DNA of 64,000 bases from Hydrolagus colliei (Eukaryota): positions 17,732,001-17,796,000 of the forward strand of contig CM068747.1 in NCBI GenBank assembly GCA_035084275.1. The letters run 5' to 3'. Position numbers and translations under genes: made by a program. The number at the start of each line of letters is the position of its first letter. Positions within the stretch are counted from its first letter, which is position 1. The notes beneath the pieces are model-generated. The model was not told where the DNA came from. It saw only the letters and a program-made list of their open reading frames with translations, and searched no databases. This document shows, piece after piece, positions 60,331 to 64,000 of this stretch.

Positions 60331-61107
60331 TAACAATAGCCAAGGCTTTTGTAATTTTTATCATGCAGTTCTTAAATCATATGTAATGTTTTGCACATGA
60401 GCAGGTATGAATTTGATAGGTATAAATACATTTATTTTGAAAATCCAAACATCCTTAGTTTAAAGTAGCCTACAAAGTGATTTAAGGATAAAAATCTTAT
60501 GAAACATTATTTATTATTGTGATTATAATGTTATTGCTTTCCTAGAAGATTTTTTTTCAAAAAGCCTACAGTCAATGTAAAGCATTGTTTTTGATTGGAT
60601 ATCCTGTAGGATGTTTTTGTGAGGCTGATCACAGGTCAAAGCTTATTAAAGGGCATTGTGAGTTTGTAGTTAAATGTGTAATTACTTCAATGTAGTTCTC
60701 ATGCAACCTTTTAGCAGATGGCCTTGTTTTTTCTAAGATGATAAGCAAGCTTTACATACTGAGGACAGGAAGTTCATTTGCACCTGTCTCAGTTGAGAGT
60801 GTTCGTTGCTCGCAAACCCAGCATTTTCATTGTCTGGGTTTCTCAGCCCAGCTTCAGTGGGAAAATGTGTTTGTATGCAACAGTTTGTCACGCAAGAAGT
60901 AATTTCTTGAGACAAAAAAGGAACTTATGATTTTTTTTAAAAAAAACTTTGCTTCCCCCCCAAACAACAGTATTTTGGTTTATCTTGTAAATTGATGCTT
61001 TCTCTATGATTCTTCCTCTCATAAATTATACTTAATTATCAACATTCTTTGAAAGTATAGGGGGAATTGTATTCATAATATTGAATTTGATTTATAATAT
61101 TGTTTTT

Positions 61108-61520
61108 TGGTCACCTGGGTGTCTGACACGTGGAGAAACCCATCACTATGCTGAAGAGTATCCAAACCAAAGATAATTCCATGCATCCCACTTAGACATG
61201 AAAATTCCTGAGATATTTATTGGAATGGAATGAGCACACATCCTGCTTTCCTAATTTCAGAGATTAACAGGCACAGGTTTCAAGAGTCAAAGCTTGAGGA
61301 CTCCAGAGAATGTGATGGAGTACAGCTGGTGTTAAAACCCACATAGCTTGCCATTGAAAGCCAATGTCTGTGGCAAGCTGTCGTACTGCTTATCGAGCTA
61401 GGACCACTCTTATCCATTAGGGCTGTGGCTTGCAGTAGTAACAGCAGCTGATTGGGAAGAGTCCCTTCTTCCATTAACTGGCCTGCCCTTCCAAGACTGC
61501 CGATGAGCCAGGCAGGCTGG
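61108..61520 (+). repeat. Unclassified ~400-bp dispersed repeat
   Basis: GTGTCTGACACGTGGAGAAACCCATCACTATGCT...CACATCCTGCTTTCCTAATTTC...GAGCTAGGACCAC. Confidence 0.75.
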
Positions 61521-62590
61521 GCTGTCATCAGCAGTGTCCTGGAATACTGGCTCAGGAATGGAAATACCAAGACCACCTCAGAGAGTCAGTTTGATTCTGA
61601 TATTTCATTACCAAACAAGTCACTTCTGAGCCAGTTCATCTCCAAGGAGACCTCACTTACTTCTCTCCTTCCCCACCCACCCACCCCAAACTCGCAGGAC
61701 AGTCACCAGATGGTAATTTGACATCCGACAAACGTGGGTTTGGCATCCATTCACCTCACTCCCTCCCCTGCATCCTACAAGGCACATCGAGTCCCTCCTC
61801 TTTGACTGAGCCTTCAACCACCCTCCTACAATACGGTAGTTATTTGAATATTGATGTAGGTGAAGTATATGTGCCCTTTTTCCATAAGTTCCTCTTCAAA
61901 AAAGCAAAGTTTTTGTCGTTAGTAAAAAGCAGGCTTTTGTTGGATTATTGTGCATTTATAAAATTAAACAGAATAGACAGTGGGGAGCGAGAAGTACAGC
62001 CAACGTATTAAATTATTTTACATCATGTTTTGACAGCATTTGATTGTTCTGGACACACAAACTAATTTTTTTTAAAAGACCTTTGTGTTCAGGAACATGC
62101 TAATTTCAATCACCTTGGAAATAATTAAAGCCTGGAATATTTTGGTCACGTCCAGCATGTGTCACTGATGTCACTTCCTCTATAATGAGCAAAACTGCAA
62201 CCTAATGATCATGGTGGTGCTGTTAGAGCAACCTCCTTATAACACGGTCTGAGTTTATAGACCCATTACAACTGGTTCTGAATTCAGTATTTTCTACCTG
62301 TCTTCCTTTTAAAACTACATTGTTTAATTATTTTATAGTAGTTTGAATTTCTTTTAAATTGATCATTTAAAATATCAGTCATCAGCATGTCTCAAAACAT
62401 TGCTTTGTATGGTTGATTCTATACAAATGACCAAGAAAGGTGTTTTTTTCTTGTATCCATATCACCATTCATGACTTCAGCTTTTGTGCTGCAACAAATT
62501 GATCCAAGTCTGCCTGCCTCATTGGTTTCAATATTAAATGTAAATTTAATGTGAATTATATAAACTGGAACTTTATGATTTTTTTCATAG

Positions 62591-62693
62591 CATCAACAAA
62601 GAGAGTATAGTGGATGTGCAGGGCATTGTGCAGAAGGTGGATCAGAAAATTGAGAGTTGTTCCCAGCAAGATGTTGAGCTGCACGTTGAAAAA
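62591..62693 (+). CDS. DARS1: DARS1 coding exon 7 (NINKESIVDVQGIVQKVDQKIESCSQQDVELHVEK); gene continues past the window
   Basis: TTTTTCATAG| and AAA|GTAAGT, 103 nt, phase 2 to 0. Confidence 0.96.
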
Positions 62694-62879
62694 GTAAGTC
62701 TTTTTACAAAACCAGAAAAATTTAGATTTTTGTTAAAAATGGGCAATCTAGTAAAGCGGTTTCACAATCATAGCCTAAAAGAATATAAAAATGCATGAAG
62801 ATTCATATTTTGAAATACCAATTCAAATTTCAGTCAAATTGTCTCTTGAATTGTGAATTGTAGCTAAGAAGTTAGAGTA

Positions 62880-63670
62880 CAGTAGAAGCCCGTTTATCTG
62901 TGACTCGATGAACCAACACTTCCGTATAACTGGCACGCCAAAAAAGTCCCCATTCAATAAACTGGAACTTATCCAGAACAATAGCGGTGGAGCATTTGTA
63001 AATGCATAAATAATAACATAAAAACAGAATATTGTATTGGTACTTATTGTTAAAACTACTCTCTTGCGCTTCTCACCTTTACTGGTAGATGCTGCGCTTA
63101 AAGCCATGATGCTGTGGTAGAGGTTTATAGTCCAGCGATTCTTTTTAAAATGGAGCACCCCAAGTGGGTGAAAAAAACTGAGCGCGACTTTAAAGCCTTA
63201 CTAGCAGCAAGCCGATAACGCTAGCCTATAACCCACATTGGCGCGCAGGTGTAGTATTTTGGTTTGCCGCTAGTAGAGTCTAGGGTTATCGGCTTGCCAC
63301 TAGAAGAGTCCAGGGTTATCGTCTTGCCGCTAGTAGAGTGTAGGGTTATCAGCTTGCCGCTAGTAAGGCTTTAAAGTCACGCTGCTGTTTTTTTCACCTG
63401 CTTGGCGTCCTCCATTTAAAAAAGAATCGCTGGACTATAAACCTCAACCAGTAAAGGTAAGAAGCGCAAGAGAGTAGTATTAACAATAAGTACAAATACA
63501 ATATTCTGTTATTATCTGTTATTATTTAGTCTGGTGTGTATGGTGTGTGTTAAAAGAACTTTTAATTTTTTTGTGGTGGGTTTTCGGCCGCGGGCTGCCC
63601 GAATATGTGGCAGGCGCTTTAACCGGCATTGACCAGGTCCCGCGGGTGCTGTATAAACGGGCTTTTACTG
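62880..63670. mobile_element. Tigger/pogo-like element (791 bp) with internal foldback, inserted in a SINE head
   Basis: TA|CAGTAGAAGCCCGTTTAT ... ATAAACGGGCTTTTACTG|TA. The flanks (TGTAGCTAAGAAGTTAGAG / CTTGACTCTCAAGCAAGAGACCTGG) rejoin into a SINE 5' end. Confidence 0.9.
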
Positions 63671-64000
63671 TACTTGACTCTCAAGCAAGAGACCTGGATT
63701 TGATTCCCAGCAGGGCGAAACTTTGGGCAAGTTTCTGTAGTCCACACACCTCTGTTTACCTCGCAGTAAACTTTTCCAGGTAATAATTCCTTTAAAAAGG
63801 AATCATGCACATATTGTCTTTATGAGTTAACAAGCTCACCACCTTGGTGTGTTTTCAGTGCTTTTCCCGCTCATTCCGAGGCCTTGTTCTCCATAAAACC
63901 TCTAATTTCAGTAATTTATAGTCTGGGATCAAACTCATTGTCAGTTATGCAAATTTGGTTTGTTGTTCAAGTGAAATATCACTAACTATTCCTGCTCCAT

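Noticed and set aside
63264-63365. 30-bp repeats as CRISPR or telomeric (TAGGGTT) repeats
   Set aside because: Contiguous units with no unique spacers, and not (TTAGGG)n; an internal transposon array.

Overview
Vertebrate (eukaryotic) genomic DNA, most likely from a cartilaginous fish of the chimaera/elephant-shark type. That assignment is inferred from a very abundant tRNA-headed SINE with an L2-like tail, dense L2 and CR1 LINE fragments, and fish-like protein sequences. Positions 1-37 kb are a repeat-rich, gene-free region upstream of CXCR4, with an assembly gap at 3001-3733. A complete two-exon CXCR4 gene lies on the + strand (37412-37444 joined to 38942-39994, 361 aa). It is followed on the same strand by the first seven coding exons of DARS1 (cytosolic aspartyl-tRNA synthetase, 49763-62693), which continues beyond the window. 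This is the same CXCR4->DARS1 order seen in other jawed vertebrates. There is no prokaryotic-type system such as CRISPR or an operon. The most unusual signals are: (1) a SINE in DARS1 intron 1 whose interior has been replaced by a copy of DARS1 exon 1, with a Kozak ATG and a possible in-phase donor; (2) a Tigger-like MITE carrying a long internal foldback and a 30-bp tandem array; (3) an internally deleted L2 that retains a putative 5' promoter region; (4) a yeast-like Lys-rich N-terminal extension of DARS1; (5) an intron-initiated CXCR4 ORF and an NRF1-type promoter motif; (6) an unnamed dispersed repeat seen six times in one orientation. Repeat family names come from visual recognition, not from a database search, and repeat boundaries are approximate unless TSDs are quoted.
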